Below, piece by piece: positions 35,829 to 49,210 of a stretch of DNA of 64,000 nucleotides (position 1 is the first letter of the stretch; every line of letters starts with the position of its first letter). The notes below the pieces were generated by a model. The model did no database searches, had not been told where the DNA came from, and was given only the letters and a program-made list of their open reading frames with translations. The position numbers and the translations under genes are program-made. This DNA is from Zancudomyces culisetae HAW-14-8 (Eukaryota > Fungi > Kickxellomycota), in assembly GCA_052426225.1 (NCBI GenBank), contig JBNJNM010000008.1, positions 1,178,001 to 1,242,000 on the forward strand, given 5' to 3'.

Positions 35829-38266
35829 ATGAATACTTGCTTTGCACTATCAAAAACCTTGGTTAAAAGTAATTCCGGGATTCTGGGCTGTCATGGAGCA
35901 TTAAAAATAGGAGATAAATACAAAACAACGTGTAAATACAAAGTAATTTCTAGAAATGTATCGTATCTGAGGAAAAAGGGTAAGATAAAGATATTCCCCC
36001 AATTCAAGCGAATTTTACCGCTGAAACATATTCATTTAACTTTTCCTTCAATAAATTAAATAAAGTAATGTTCTAATGTATAAATAAAATAAAATACTGT
36101 ACATGTAAGTGTAGTTTATGTTGGTATGTCGGGTGGGGTAGATTCGAGCGTTGCAGCGTATATACTGAAGAAAAAGGGATATAATGTCGAGGGTGTATAT
36201 ATGAAAAACTGGGATATTAGAGATGAACTCGGGCGCTGTACCTCGGATAAGGACTGGTCAGACGTACAGAAGGTTTGTGAGCAGCTAGAGATATCTTGTA
36301 CCAGGGTATGTTCTTTTTTTTTTTGATATTTATAGGAAAAGGTATCATTATATGTGTATACACATGCTTACAAATGGTAATTAATAAGTTTAAACTATAA
36401 CTTCATTAAAGATCGATTTGGTTAAAGAGTACTGGAATCGAATTTTTGAAAACGTTATCGAGCAATATGAAACTGGGTTTACACCAAACCCAGATATTAT
36501 GTGCAACAGCGAAATAAAGTTTGGAGTTTTGCTGGAGAAGCTAAGGAACAAAGCTGGTAGATTTGGTGATGATGATATATGGTTTGCAACAGGTCATTAT
36601 GCTCGGATAGATCAGAGACCTGGTGAGACGCCGAGGCTTTTTCGAGGTACGACTATAATCTGAATACTTGGTTGTCTATGTAAATGTATACATGCAAATA
36701 TGTCTTCTTCTTTTTTTAAACTACAGGGTTAAGTGTGTTGTAATCAAAAATAGGTGTAGATAGCTCAAAAGACCAGAGTTTCTTCTTAAGCGGTGTAAAG
36801 GCAGGATCGCTTCAAAACGTCATTTTTCCACTAGGCGAATTGAGAAAAAGAGACCAAGTACGACAAATAGCACTTGATCTCAAGCTAATAACTGCAGAAA
36901 AGGAAGAAAGTATGGGTATATGTTTTATTGGCGAAAGAAAGAGGTTTTCCGAATTTATGTGTAAGTGAGATAGTGTACCGAATGTGTTTAAACAAATAAT
37001 TGTATATTAAATTTTTTTATTCTGGATCAATTATTGGGCTGGACATCATTTTATTATGGGTGTACTAACCTGTCAGTACTGGGTTTACAAATTAAATAGC
37101 TCAATACATAACCCAGCGAAAGGGAAATATTGTTGATCTCGATGGAAATATACTGGGTAAGATAAGAAATTGTCGAACTTGCTAATAAAATGATTTCTAA
37201 TCTCATGGATGTAATACTTAAACGGTATAGCGACCCACAGCGGGATATTTTCCAAGACAATTGGCCAAGCTTCGGGTTTAGCGATTAACGACAAAAAGTA
37301 AGTGGTTTATGATTAGGCGATTTTTTCCTTATGTTTTTATGTTAAAAAATCCTGTGAAGCATGAGCTAGGTTAAATGTGTTTTTTTTATTGTACCTAGTT
37401 GTATTATGTCTCTGGGAATAAAACGAAGGTGGAATGACTAATATATATCCTCGTAATACTAAAAATTATAGATGGTTCATCTGTAAGAAATCGGTGAAGG
37501 ATAACACAATGGTTGCAGTGCCCGGACGGTAAGCAAAGTGGTTTATGTAGCTATTATACTTTTGGTTACAGTTGATATTCTGGAACTGCGGGTTTGATAT
37601 ACTTGTAAGCGTAAATTATATAGTGACCATCGACTGCTAAGTACACAAAAGATATATTTTACGAGTATTCACTGGATAACCAAGCCAAGTGATTACAACA
37701 GGGGTATGTTGAAACTAATCAAAACATATATTTCATCATGTATCCTGTTTTTTCTTTTTGTTGCGTTCAATGAGGGTAGAGAGAAAATCTGATATTACAT
37801 TTATATGTTTATGCTTGTATGATTAAAATATAGATTCAGGGTTTAGTGCGTACTACCAGGCTAGAAATCTAATGAAACCAGAACAGTGTTTTATAAGATA
37901 CAAGTAAGTAGTAAATTTGGGTACAAGATTTATTGGTCTATTTATTACCACTTATGTTGAAACATCAACCTTCGGGTCAGCACATGGTCCAGCTGGTACA
38001 AATGGGATTAACGAATTAAATAATTGAAAGTATTGCGAAAGATAACAAAAACTGCTATGATTAACAGCACTAGGAACGATATATGGGAGTTTTATACACT
38101 CAAGCCGTTGTATGGAGCAACACCAGGGCAGACAATTGCCTTTTATGATGGAGATCTGTGCCTGGGGAGTGCTAAAATAGCCGATGTGGCGTACGGATAC
38201 AGGATCAAGGATGATCCTTTGGAAGCCGATAAAACTTTCACGAGGTTAAAGAATATGGTGGCTTGA
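35829..38266 (+). CDS. SLM3: Mitochondrial tRNA 2-thiouridylase MnmA/Mtu1/Slm3; 10 exons
   Basis: [62 protein letters not shown]. Nine in-frame GT-AG introns (first 35980-36114, second 36306-36411); basic N-terminal presequence. Confidence 0.94.
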
Positions 38267-39999
38267 TGCAATGTAATTTTGGAGTGGCACTTGGAATGTG
38301 ACTTCAGTTATTCCAGTTTGCATCTTTTATTGGAGAATTCTATGTCTCTTTACTATCCATAACAAAAGTAGGTAGGATAGAAACGGTGGTATAGGCACAT
38401 GACGACTGCTTTCAATTCGATTGAATTCGTTTTGCATTTCAGGATTTAGTGTGATAATGCTCAAAGTTAGCTTTTTTTTAACACCTATGACTCTTTTCGT
38501 ATTAATTGGGTAAAGATAAGTTGTGAAGGAGGTGAAGGGGGTGAAATAGGATGGAGTTTTTTGAATATTTGTAAAAATACAGTTGGCACTTCGATTAAAA
38601 CTGATTTAGTAAATAAAAACATAGCAAGCAAATAAAAACAAGATTGATTAATTCCACAGTGATGAGCATTTTTATTTACTTTTTTTTTACTCATTTTTGA
38701 AAAAACCAAACACGCACAGCAAATAGAAGAATAGGGAAGGTGATTAGAATGGTAAAGGGATGCAGTAAAAAAAATGATTAAAACTAAAATAAATTAAAAT
38801 AAGCCTAATTGTGATTTACGTGTGAAAAAAATAAAAAGTCTCGTGGATTAATTGAGTTCTTGTTAATTTTTTTTTTTTTACCCTAATTTGTACTGGGCAG
38901 AAAGTGACTGAACTACGGGGTAACTTGTGGATATTGATATTATTAGAGCAATTTCGTTAAAAAAAGAAAGAGGTACATTCAAAAAAGCGCTTAATCAGGT
39001 TCTCTACCAACCAGTTTCGCGCCCAGTTTATTTTACGCAAAAAAAGGTACAAACTTGCGCAAGATGACTAAATTAGTAGTAATTTCGAACTGCATACTCA
39101 TGAGTGATATAGATGAAATAAAAAGGTACTAGGCCTCTGGATTTTATTGTTTTTTTTATGTTTTGCTTAGAATAGCTTACGTTTACAAACGTAAAATAAA
39201 TTAGCGAGGAAAAATAATAGAAAATAGATGCCAAATTAGTAATTGGACGAGAGCCACAAAACTATTTAAATAGTTGAATATGCGTATCAAAAGAATTTCC
39301 CGTTATTTTGTTTTTAATAGTTATGTTTTATTTTTGAGAATAAAACGAGTATTTGGTCAAAGGTCAAGAACAAAGCCCAAGATAAAAGAAAACACTCATA
39401 CCAGGATTCATATTGTAGAATATACACGTTCACAGCACTAAAAACCTGGGACAGCAATTCATGTTTTTTGTCTAACTAACAACTTTTTCTGCATTTGAAG
39501 GTCAAAAAACAACCAGTTTAAAGCCAGAACAAAATCAGGCGGAGGGGTCAAATAAACGGTATTCTAAATATAATATAGAATATACATGAACAGATACCGT
39601 CGAAATACAGAGTAAATTCAGCTGAAATAGAAAGAAACGCGCGTATAGGCGATTGGAAAAGCACGAGAAATATTTAACGTGAATCTGGAAACCTTTTCAG
39701 AACATAAAGTAGCTTTAATAGCAGTAGTCTGGGTAATACTAAAGAGGGCAAGGCTAGAAATACCAGCTTTACAAACCACTAATATACTAAAGCTACGAGC
39801 CTTTATTGATTTAAGAGGATAAAAATAGGGTTGTTTGGAACAATAACTTTGGAAGCATCATATATTGCAATAAAGGCATTGAATCCACGATATTTGAAGT
39901 ATAGTTTTACAACATAGTCTAGGGTTAGTTGGATACCATAGAGAAAAAAAAAGAAAGACAGGTAAAAAACAGGGTAAACAACTGTAACACGAAAAGGGA

Positions 40000-42192
40000 A
40001 TGAGTAAAAGAAGAAGATCCATAACATCTGGAGCAAAGGACGTGAGAACAGTTCAAGAGAATGAATGTGTAAATACAAAGAAAAATAGCATTATGATGGG
40101 GAAAAAAATAACTTTTGCCAATGGGAGTAAAGGAGGAGGAGGTGCTGGGGTACGTAGAAGCACTAGACTCAGTAATAAAACCAAAAACGCAGCAGAGCCG
40201 GCCATAATTGATAAGGGTAATAATGTTAGTGAAGGAAAGAGAAATGGAAACAAGGACAAAGAAGGTGTTATGAATAATATTGATGCTAGAAGCCTAAGAA
40301 AATTTAGAGGGGAGGGAAGGGGTGGGCAAGAGAAGGAAAGGAGCGTGGGTGATGGAATGGTGACAATGACAACGCCGCAGCGAGGACAACAGCAACAACA
40401 ACAACAAAAGCAAAAGCCACATCAATGGCAGAATAACAATAGTGTGATCAAGAAAAGAAGGCAAAGTAGCAATATAGAATTAATAAATTCCAGGAAGAAA
40501 GCAGGGGGGAAAATTAATGGTAGTGGGAGCAGTAAAAGAAGAGCAACCATAGCTGGTGATCAGATAGGAGTAGGAATAAATATAAGGCGAGAAAAGGCAA
40601 AAGAGAAGGAGAAGGAAGCACCAAGGACGCCGGATAGGGCATCAGTTAGGTCGCGAAGGAGGAGTATTGTTGGGAAAGAAAGCGGAGGCAGGAGGGGAGG
40701 CCACAAGTTGCTGACGCCGGTTAAAAAGTTTGTAGAAAATATAGGGAGTAAAAATACGGGAGCAAATACCAGATGCGAACGAATTGAGCAGCAACTTAGT
40801 GTGAAAAGGCGACGGAAAGAAAGAGTTGTGGTGAAACCATCGATAGTCAAGACAATAATGAACATTAGCAAAAATAGAAGCAACAAAGCTTCCGATAAAG
40901 CTAATAATAATGAAGAAAGTAAGGAAAATACCAGGAATAGTAATAGCAATAGCAATAGTAATGATGAGGAAAAAAAAGAAGAGGAAAAAAGGGAGCAAGC
41001 CAAGGGCAGAAGGCAATCCGAGCGTATCCGAAACATCCAAATCCGCGAAAAAGAAGAGCGACGCGGTGCGACAATAGAGCAAAAGTTTGTGGTGAAGCTT
41101 AGCGAGCGGCGACTGACAAGCGGAGATAGGAAACGGTCGATGGACGAGGAGAATGCCGAGTTTATCACGTCGACACCACAGCTTAAGCGAGTAAAGCGGA
41201 GAATTGATATCAATGTTGAAAAGATTCCATTTGTATTAAACGCACAACAAAAAGACACCGACAATATAATGTTTTCACCGCCTCCAATTGCTACAACTGC
41301 TACAGCCACAGCTATGACAACGACTACAACAACTACAACTACCACCACAAACACGACTACTGCTACTGCCACAGCCACAACTACTGCTACTGCCACGACT
41401 ACTGCTACAACTATGGCCACAACCATGAGCACAGCTGCAACCATGTCATCGCAAGACCTTTATGAAGTTGACCCTTATGCGATTATGTCGTCCCTGCCGC
41501 CTGTGCCTGAACACTATCTCTCTCGTAAGCCTGCCATCCCATCCAAGTCCGAGAACGCACCTTCCAAAACCCTAGTTCTGGATCTCGACGAGACTCTTGT
41601 GCACTGCAGTGTTGGTGAACAGGTCGATAATGCAGACTTTGAGTTTCCGGTTGACTTTAACGGTGCTACATATACCGTCAAGTGCCGCAAACGCCCACAT
41701 CTCGAATACTTTCTAGAACAGGTTTCGCAAAAATTTGAGGTTGTTGTCTTTACAGCCTCGCAGCAGATCTATGCCGACAAGCTGCTCGACCGCCTCGACC
41801 CCGAAAACAGGTTTTTCCACCACCGGTTGTTCCGCGACAGCTGCGTCTACGTCTGCGACAACTACATCAAAGAACTCTCCATTCTTGGCCGCGATCTCAG
41901 CCAACTTGTCCTTGTTGATAACGCTCCTCTTGCATTCGCCTACCAGTTGTCCAACGGCATTCCCATCGACAGCTGGTACTGCGACTCTAACGACTGTGAA
42001 CTTCTCAAGCTGCTCCACCTCCTCGATCTTCTCTCCGACAAGGACGACGTCCGCCCAACAATAGATACCCTCTTCGACTCCCGAAACCGCGTTCGCCTCG
42101 CCCTTCTCTCCTCAGCTTCTTCTCCCTCTTCCGACGCTCCCTCTACACCCGTCGATAGCACCCAAGATACTTCTGCCCCTTGTTGCGGCTAA
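40000..42192 (+). CDS. CTDSPL2: CTD small phosphatase-like 2 (CTDSPL2/SCP4), FCP1/SCP HAD phosphatase
   Basis: LVLDLDETLVHCS, FTASQQIYADKLL, HRLFRDSC, LGRDLS, AFAYQLSNGIPIDSW; long basic disordered N-terminus. Confidence 0.88.
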   Translation: MSKRRRSITSGAKDVRTVQENECVNTKKNSIMMGKKITFANGSKGGGGAGVRRSTRLSNKTKNAAEPAIIDKGNNVSEGKRNGNKDKEGVMNNIDARSLRKFRGEGRGGQEKERSVGDGMVTMTTPQRGQQQQQQQKQKPHQWQNNNSVIKKRRQSSNIELINSRKKAGGKINGSGSSKRRATIAGDQIGVGINIRREKAKEKEKEAPRTPDRASVRSRRRSIVGKESGGRRGGHKLLTPVKKFVENIGSKNTGANTRCERIEQQLSVKRRRKERVVVKPSIVKTIMNISKNRSNKASDKANNNEESKENTRNSNSNSNSNDEEKKEEEKREQAKGRRQSERIRNIQIREKEERRGATIEQKFVVKLSERRLTSGDRKRSMDEENAEFITSTPQLKRVKRRIDINVEKIPFVLNAQQKDTDNIMFSPPPIATTATATAMTTTTTTTTTTTNTTTATATATTTATATTTATTMATTMSTAATMSSQDLYEVDPYAIMSSLPPVPEHYLSRKPAIPSKSENAPSKTLVLDLDETLVHCSVGEQVDNADFEFPVDFNGATYTVKCRKRPHLEYFLEQVSQKFEVVVFTASQQIYADKLLDRLDPENRFFHHRLFRDSCVYVCDNYIKELSILGRDLSQLVLVDNAPLAFAYQLSNGIPIDSWYCDSNDCELLKLLHLLDLLSDKDDVRPTIDTLFDSRNRVRLALLSSASSPSSDAPSTPVDSTQDTSAPCCG

Positions 42193-43395
42193 CCTTTTTC
42201 CCCTCCTCTGTACTCTCCCTAACCATTTGCACTACCACATCTCCCTCCATATCGCTATCCTCAATTCGCTCAAACAGCGGAAACTCGTCTAAATGCTTCT
42301 TCATCCACTCGTGCAGGTCATACACATCTGTAATTGCATACAGTATTCCTCCTGGCTTCGTAACATATGCATATTCCGCAAGTAGTGTGTTGCTATGTTC
42401 CGTTATTTATCCATTTTTATTTATCTATCTACTCTTTATTGATTTATTTTTTTTTTTGTGTATGTATAATATTTATCTATCGCTTTTACCTTATAATCCG
42501 AGCCTTGTGCTTTCGCTTTTTGAAATGTGGGTCTGGAAACAAGAAGAATATCTTTGTTAGTTGTCCCTTTCCAAAGAAGTTTGGCAGATATTTCATTGCG
42601 TTCATTCTAACCACCGAAATATTGTTATATCCTCCTGCCACCACCTTTGTTTGCTCCCCACTAATATTGTACCCATACGTATTTTCGAGCTCCTTTTCTC
42701 CCTGTTCATCCTTCTCAACCTCCTCTATTCCACCTTCTTTCTGATCAATATTTACATCTCCACCTGCCACATCCCCTTGCTCGGCTTTTCGGCTTAATTC
42801 AGCCTGCATTTCCCTCAGTGCCAAAATTCTCCGGTCCACATAATCTACCAACTTGGTTCGGATCTCCATTCCCAGCATCAACGTATCAGGAAACAACGGT
42901 GCCAGCGCAACCATCAATCCACCGTATCCACAGCCGACATCTACGAATTCGACTACTTTTTTCTCCGCACCTTCGGCTGTTCCACTTTCTGAGTTTGCTG
43001 TGGCAAATTTAGGATAATGTTTCGCCAACTCGAATTGCTCTGGAGTTGTAGGACTATTATTTTGGTATTTCACGTATTTATTTGTTCATTTATTCATTTT
43101 AATTAATATTTTGCTCATTCAACTCTAACCCATAACCCCACGCCATCTCTTACTACCTTTGTCACATTTCGTAAATAGGAATAAAAGACGTAAATAATAA
43201 AATGTTGTTGCTATAATACTCACTATCCAAGCGGGATATCGTTGAGGATATTCACATGTGCTCGCTGTCTAAAATTTCGTTTCTATACACCATAGATACC
43301 CTTAAGGTTATTATTTGTCATATACACAATACTCTGATGTATGTAATATATATATATAGTATATATATCACACTTGCCTGTGGTAATTTGACCAT
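42143..43395 (-). CDS. TRM8: tRNA (guanine-N7)-methyltransferase Trm8/METTL1; 4 exons
   Basis: Exons 43395-43378 (MVKLPQ), 43282-43224 ([11 protein letters not shown]), 43053-42490 ([20 protein letters not shown]) and 42392-42143 ([17 protein letters not shown]). Intron 1 has a GC donor. Confidence 0.95.
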
Positions 43396-44049
43396 TTTGA
43401 CTTTCTCCTTTTGTCTTTTTTGATTTCGTATTGAATATATTTCAACTGTTTAATTTCCATATATTTTTAATGGTTTTTTTTAGCTTTGATCCCCCGCGTT
43501 ATTTCTCTCTTGCTTCTATTTCGCATTCGAACATCATCTCAAAAAAAAATTTTTTTTTTTCTTTATAGTAATATTCCAAAAATTATTCTCAAAAAAAAAA
43601 TTGCTCTACTAGATCCAGCATGACTTATTCCTCCTACAGAACCTCTCTCCACAACAATAACGAGTAAATAAAAAATAATGTTGGTATCCTGAAATGCGAA
43701 AGGGTACAATACTACAAACCGATTATTATTGCACAAAATATGATTATATTAAAACAAAAACAATACCAAATATATCAGAAAACCACCCCCCCCTCCCCAG
43801 TACTACCATTACAGCCAAACAGGTTTATTCATATAAAACCTGTGGTTTGAACCTGGTCTTTTGCAAAAAAAATCAATAAAAAAGGAAAAAATAATGTGTG
43901 TTGATACAGGTCCTATTGATGATTATTTTAAAACGACATTCCTCCTCCCCTTCCTCTTCCCCTTCCTCTGATAGTGAGTATATAGACAGAAAGTTAATGT
44001 CACCATATCAGCATAGATATTTATTCATATTTGTTCCACAAGTGTGGTA

Positions 44050-44121
44050 AAACTAAACCAAACTAAACTAAACCAAACCAAACTAAACCAAACCAAACTA
44101 AACCAAACCAAACCAAACCAA
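44050..44121. repeat. Pentanucleotide microsatellite (AAACY)n
   Basis: About 14 tandem AAACC/AAACT units between TRM8 and IBA57. Confidence 0.9.
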
Positions 44122-44268
44122 TATATTCTGGTGTTATAGCCTTTCAAAGTGCCAGCATAATAAACTAGTTGTATATAAATGAATTAGTTGACTACGTTAA
44201 AATAGAAATAAGGATTGTCTCCAAGTACTGATAATTTCAGGTGCTCTAAAATTGGCGCTGGCTTAAAC

Positions 44269-46381
44269 TTAAACCTTTAACCATTTGGGAATCCACGGAA
44301 AGACGTACAGGAGTTTATTGCTGGGTGATTTGGAAACTTCACTATCACTAGTCGGTTTAGAATTGTTGTCTGAGCCCTCATCACACCTTATCATTAGTTT
44401 TGGTAGCTCGTGGCTAGATTTATCGCCTGAATCGGCGCTATTACCTCCAGCGTTGGTGGGTTCGCAGTTGCCATCACGTCCGTCGTATCCCGTCACAATT
44501 CTACTGTCATATTCCCTGACTAGCTCTACACGCATCAGTGCCAAGCCAATATTATAAATGCTAGTGACTAACTTCCCAGGTGCCACCATTGTCCTTCTCC
44601 TGGCAACAGGCTTTTCAATATTTTCTGTACTACTGTTAGGATCAACTGCGGCGTCTTTTACGCGGTTTACATGCAAACTTGTGTTGAAATGATAAGCACT
44701 GCCGGTTGTCTGCGCACTATCGTTTGAGAGTTTAAGGTTTTCAGGATCCCTTTTTTTGGGATAGATCTCTTTGACTATATCTGCCTGCGAAGAGAGTATG
44801 GACTCATAGTCCTTACTTCTATCTACAACTATTTCTGGTCTATTTTTTTCGTTTAATTTAGTGTATTTCGATTCAGTACACTTTTCTGGTGTTATATCTC
44901 AAAAAGACCAAGTGAAAAGAAAAACGGCGCAACACAACTACATTACCTTTGATAAAAATCACCGTCTTCGCCAAGTAGAACAGGAACCAATCGCTTTCTA
45001 ACTACTCCTCGGTGATGGGTTCGTATTGTCAGCTCTTGCCCCATATAGCACCCCTTTTTGAAATCGACTGCTCCCATGTAATCAAAATTGGTTTCTAGCG
45101 GAAACGACACCCTGCTTATCACCTCTTGTGGTCCCTCTGCAACACCTTGTAAGATTCTGTATAACTTGTATTCATCCGCCGTTGTTTCTGTAAAACCCAC
45201 ATTCGATACGTGTGCTATTAAATTATATTACTCATTTTTGCTTATTTGTTCTTGTAGCTTTATCCAAAAGGTTTGTTGATATGGCAAGTAAAAAAAAAAG
45301 AAAAGCTAGACAATATTACGTTTACTGTTTGCATCCACCAATAGTCTGTAGCCCATTCCAGGTGCTCGAGTATCAGGCATCCAGATCACCCCTTGCTCCT
45401 TGAGGCTTTCTACTACTGCGTTATTTTGTTTTGGATCACTATCACTACCACTGCCACTACCACTGCCACTACCACTACCATCCACATCATGCACTATTTT
45501 CTGCAGCATTTGGTTTTGAGCATCCGGTCCCCAGACAGAATACACATTAAAACGTGCAGTTATATCCTCGAATGTTATCTTTGATCTTAATTTATGTAGC
45601 TTCAGTAACAGTAGTAGTGTTTGCTTCAAAGAACTATCGATCTCTACTAATATTGATTCACCATCCTGGGGATCTAAGATAGGGTCTAGATACATAAACG
45701 CATCCATCAATACTCGCCCCTAAATCGGTTGAGAGTTAGGTTTATAAGTATATATATTAGTATATACTCGATTTATTTGTTGTTTTTTTTTTGCTTATTG
45801 AGGCAAAATTAACTGTAAATAATATGTTATCACACCACCTGCTACCAAGTTTACTTAATATTTGGAAATGTCTATATAATGTCTTTTGCTGTTGATCAAA
45901 CGTATATTAAACATGTAACACTCGGATATATACTTACATTACCCAAAAGAAAAGACTGAAATATTCCCGTTACTTCTCCAGCTGCCAACGCAGTCATAGA
46001 ATTGGTTGAGAGCCCATTTAAAAATTCTATAGTGTCATTTCCGCTAACTTTGATAACAGTACGATTATTGAGACGAGCATATCTGTTGTGGTATACGTCT
46101 AGCCGTTTCAGAAAAGTGATATCATGCACTTCGCTTGTTGAGGAGTATTGTTTGTAAAGCACACCAGCTGCGAACAGAGCTCGGGTTTTGATTTGATTAC
46201 TGATATTGTGCTTTTGTAAATGTGAACCTATCGAAATGCACCTTCTTGCTATTAACGGTTTTACCGCCTGTGCTCCTATATAAGAAGGTGCCAGGCTGAA
46301 ATTTGCTGCTGGAAGATTCGTCTTGTACTGAATCCTTAAGCAATTTTTGACCCCAGTTGATATATTTCTATATTTGCTCAT
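44269..46381 (-). CDS. IBA57: Mitochondrial Fe-S assembly factor Iba57 (YgfZ/GcvT family); 4 exons
   Basis: FPLETNFD and VDFKKGCYMGQELTIRTHHRGVVRKR signature, DTIEFLNGLSTN, LHKLRSKI. Three in-frame GT-AG introns; N-terminal presequence. Confidence 0.94.
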
Positions 46382-46976
46382 TTTCACGTGTTTTTATGTG
46401 GCTCCTAGCCGTATAAATAGTCTAAATAATCGGCCCTGTATAGGTACACTTTTATGTATTTGTTTATGTGTATTCCTTTATGTATTTTATTTACTAAGCA
46501 AGCATAGAAAACTGGTGTTTGTTTGATTTTTTTATATTATAATCTACTTGGCAAATCGACTTTTTTTAAAGATTTTTTACCACTCAATAGCTAGCAATAG
46601 TTTCACATTATCTGATAATTTGCAATAGTTTGGGGATAGTGTCTGATTTAGATACTATTAACATATTTCCCAGAATATACACAGCCATTGTAATTACTCC
46701 GCTCTGAAGCATATCTTCATAAGTTGATACAAGTAAACCATTAAAAACAAACAACTCCAAAGCACACCAGCTACCTTTTCAGTTATACGAAGTGGTTGAG
46801 CGCAAAGGACATTTAATTGTGGACCGGATTGATTTGGTTATTTAGCCATAAATAGTTTATTCAATCAATGTATTTAAAGTGCATCCGCATGTTGGTGCAA
46901 CTTACAATAAAATACTCTTTATTCACATTAAAATAAAACAATACATCTATAAAAAAGGACGCAGATTATATAGAAA

Positions 46977-48850
46977 TCAGTAGTATTCCTCGTACTCGGA
47001 ATCATCACTGTATCCATTTTCGTACTCAGAGTCTGTATTGTATTCACCTATTTCAAATTTATTTGGTGTATGTCATTTATTAGCATTTCACAAATGTTTT
47101 CTACTGTCTCAAGAACGGGGTTCATACCCAATCGATGATATAAACACATATTATTTTATGCAAACTTACGGTCAGAGATACCAGGTTCATCTGGATATTC
47201 ATTGGTATAGTAGTTTTCGTCTAAAATAGAGAATGCATTGATATTACTTTTCAAAGTATAAAGATTTATAAACAACAATGATAGTGAAAGTAGATGATGT
47301 TAAATACTCACCATTCGAGTCTTCTGAATCAAAATCTGAATCGGTACCCCCTTCATCTAAAAATACAGCACCCCCCGCCTCCCAGTATCTAAAATCGTAT
47401 CGTTATGTTAGAATAAAATATCTAAAAATAACACAATATTCCGCACTTACAAAGTGGCTAGCTTCGAAGATGTAAATATCTCTGGGTCTTCAGAATTGGC
47501 AAGGCTTGTCCCATAGTATAAATCATAGACATATTCGTCTTCACCATCACCACCACTCACTGTTTCGTTTCCAACCGTATAATTGCTGCCTTGAGTTACT
47601 ATTTTCAATTAAAATCACGAGAACAGCGTTATTATAACGTTATTTTAAAAAATAGTGAAAATATCCAACCAAAGAAATGCTAAGACGGTAATAACCGAAA
47701 ACAAGACTTTTTTGTTACCTGAAAGGTGTTCTCTAAGCATAGACATCAGTGTTTTCATTGATTCGTCCACTTCTGAATCTTCATCGCTCTCTGCATTCGT
47801 GTTTGCATTTTCTTCGTTAAAATCAACAACTTTCCAAAACCTATTTGGTTACAAAGTATTAGCCATCAAAATTATTTTTTTACTTTGTTTTAGACCCGAG
47901 CCAGCAATAGAGAGCCAGATTCCCCTCTGTTTTCTATGCACATCAAACGTATATAAATGTTTTTTACTTCTTTTGTCTCTTTCCGTGTTGTAGAATCGCG
48001 TCGAAAAACTCGATTTTTTTAGACTGAGCAGTGTTTTCCAAATCCCTTTCATGCTTTTTTGAACGGTATTCGCTTTCAGTATTCACATCATATGAGGCAC
48101 CCACACCAGTAGATAGTTCGTCGGCGCTTCTTTTTATACCCTTTTTATCGTGGCTCAGACTAGTGTTCTATTAAACAAGTAGAAACAATAATACATTAAT
48201 ACGCAGTTCATTGAAAAATCAATAACTTTAGACAGGATTCAATTAAAATACTGGACATTCACTCAATAAGGGGCTTACTTTTATGTCATCCTTCTGTGTG
48301 AGTTCAGGCTGCTCCTTAAGTTCGTCGTTCTCCGTGTGTTTCTATTGTTTACTCAAAACTGATAAATTTCCGCTTATAAAACATGTTTACTTGTATTCAC
48401 TTACCTTTAGTTCATTTATTATGTTTTCCTTGTCAAAATCCCTTGATGGTATTGTATTGACCAATTTGAAAAAGGAAGGAAGATTTTCGTCTAATTTTGT
48501 TTAAATACATTGCTAGTAACTTTAGCAAGTCCAAATTACAAAACATAAAGTAAAATCCGTAACTCTTACTTTGAAGATTCTTGCTACGCTTGAATTGGTT
48601 TTTCGGCAAAACTACGAGTTAATAGTGCAAATAAAAATAAGAATGCTTTCAAACATAACCAGTGCCAAACACTTCAAGAACAAAGATAATGTTGTAAAGA
48701 AGAAATATTACCAAAACCCTCTACCGGTTCGACCTCCCTCTTTCTCTTGACCCGTAAAACTGCAAATCGCTCCAACCCGTAGGAACTGTATCCAAAATTC
48801 ATGCTATCAGCTTCGTTATCGCCCATTTTCTGCATATTCACATATACCAT
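46977..48850 (-). CDS. IWR1: RNA polymerase II nuclear import factor Iwr1/SLC7A6OS; 10 exons (not visible in the ORF track)
   Basis: Manual splicing gives the N-terminal AVLRVKRKREVEPVE, then EYVYDLYY and the C-terminal DSEDSN/DENYYTNEYPDE, stopping at TGA 46979-46977. Nine GT-AG introns. The start could be 48850, 48835 or 48826. Confidence 0.85.
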
Positions 48851-49210
48851 CAGCTCATTTACTCTTACGAATTTGCTATTTTTGATGTAGTTTGCAAAAT
48901 TACGCTTTTTCTAATTTTCTGGCCTTCCAGCTTTGGTTACACGGATTTTTATTTCTGTGATCTCCCAGTTAACGATTCGCAGTGGTTGGGAGAAAAAAGT
49001 CACTGGAAGAGTGGGTTTATCCAATTATCCTATTGCTATTTCTGATTTCAGTGGAAAAGTTTTTTTTCCTGTACAAAAAAAAAATAGTAATTTCGCTGTC
49101 GATTTCCCCCTCTCCCATCATGTTCTCACAAGAATATACTTTATTATTCACCAAAAAAACGAAAACAATATATTAACAACCAAGAAGTAGCCACAAACAA
49201 TATTATCATA

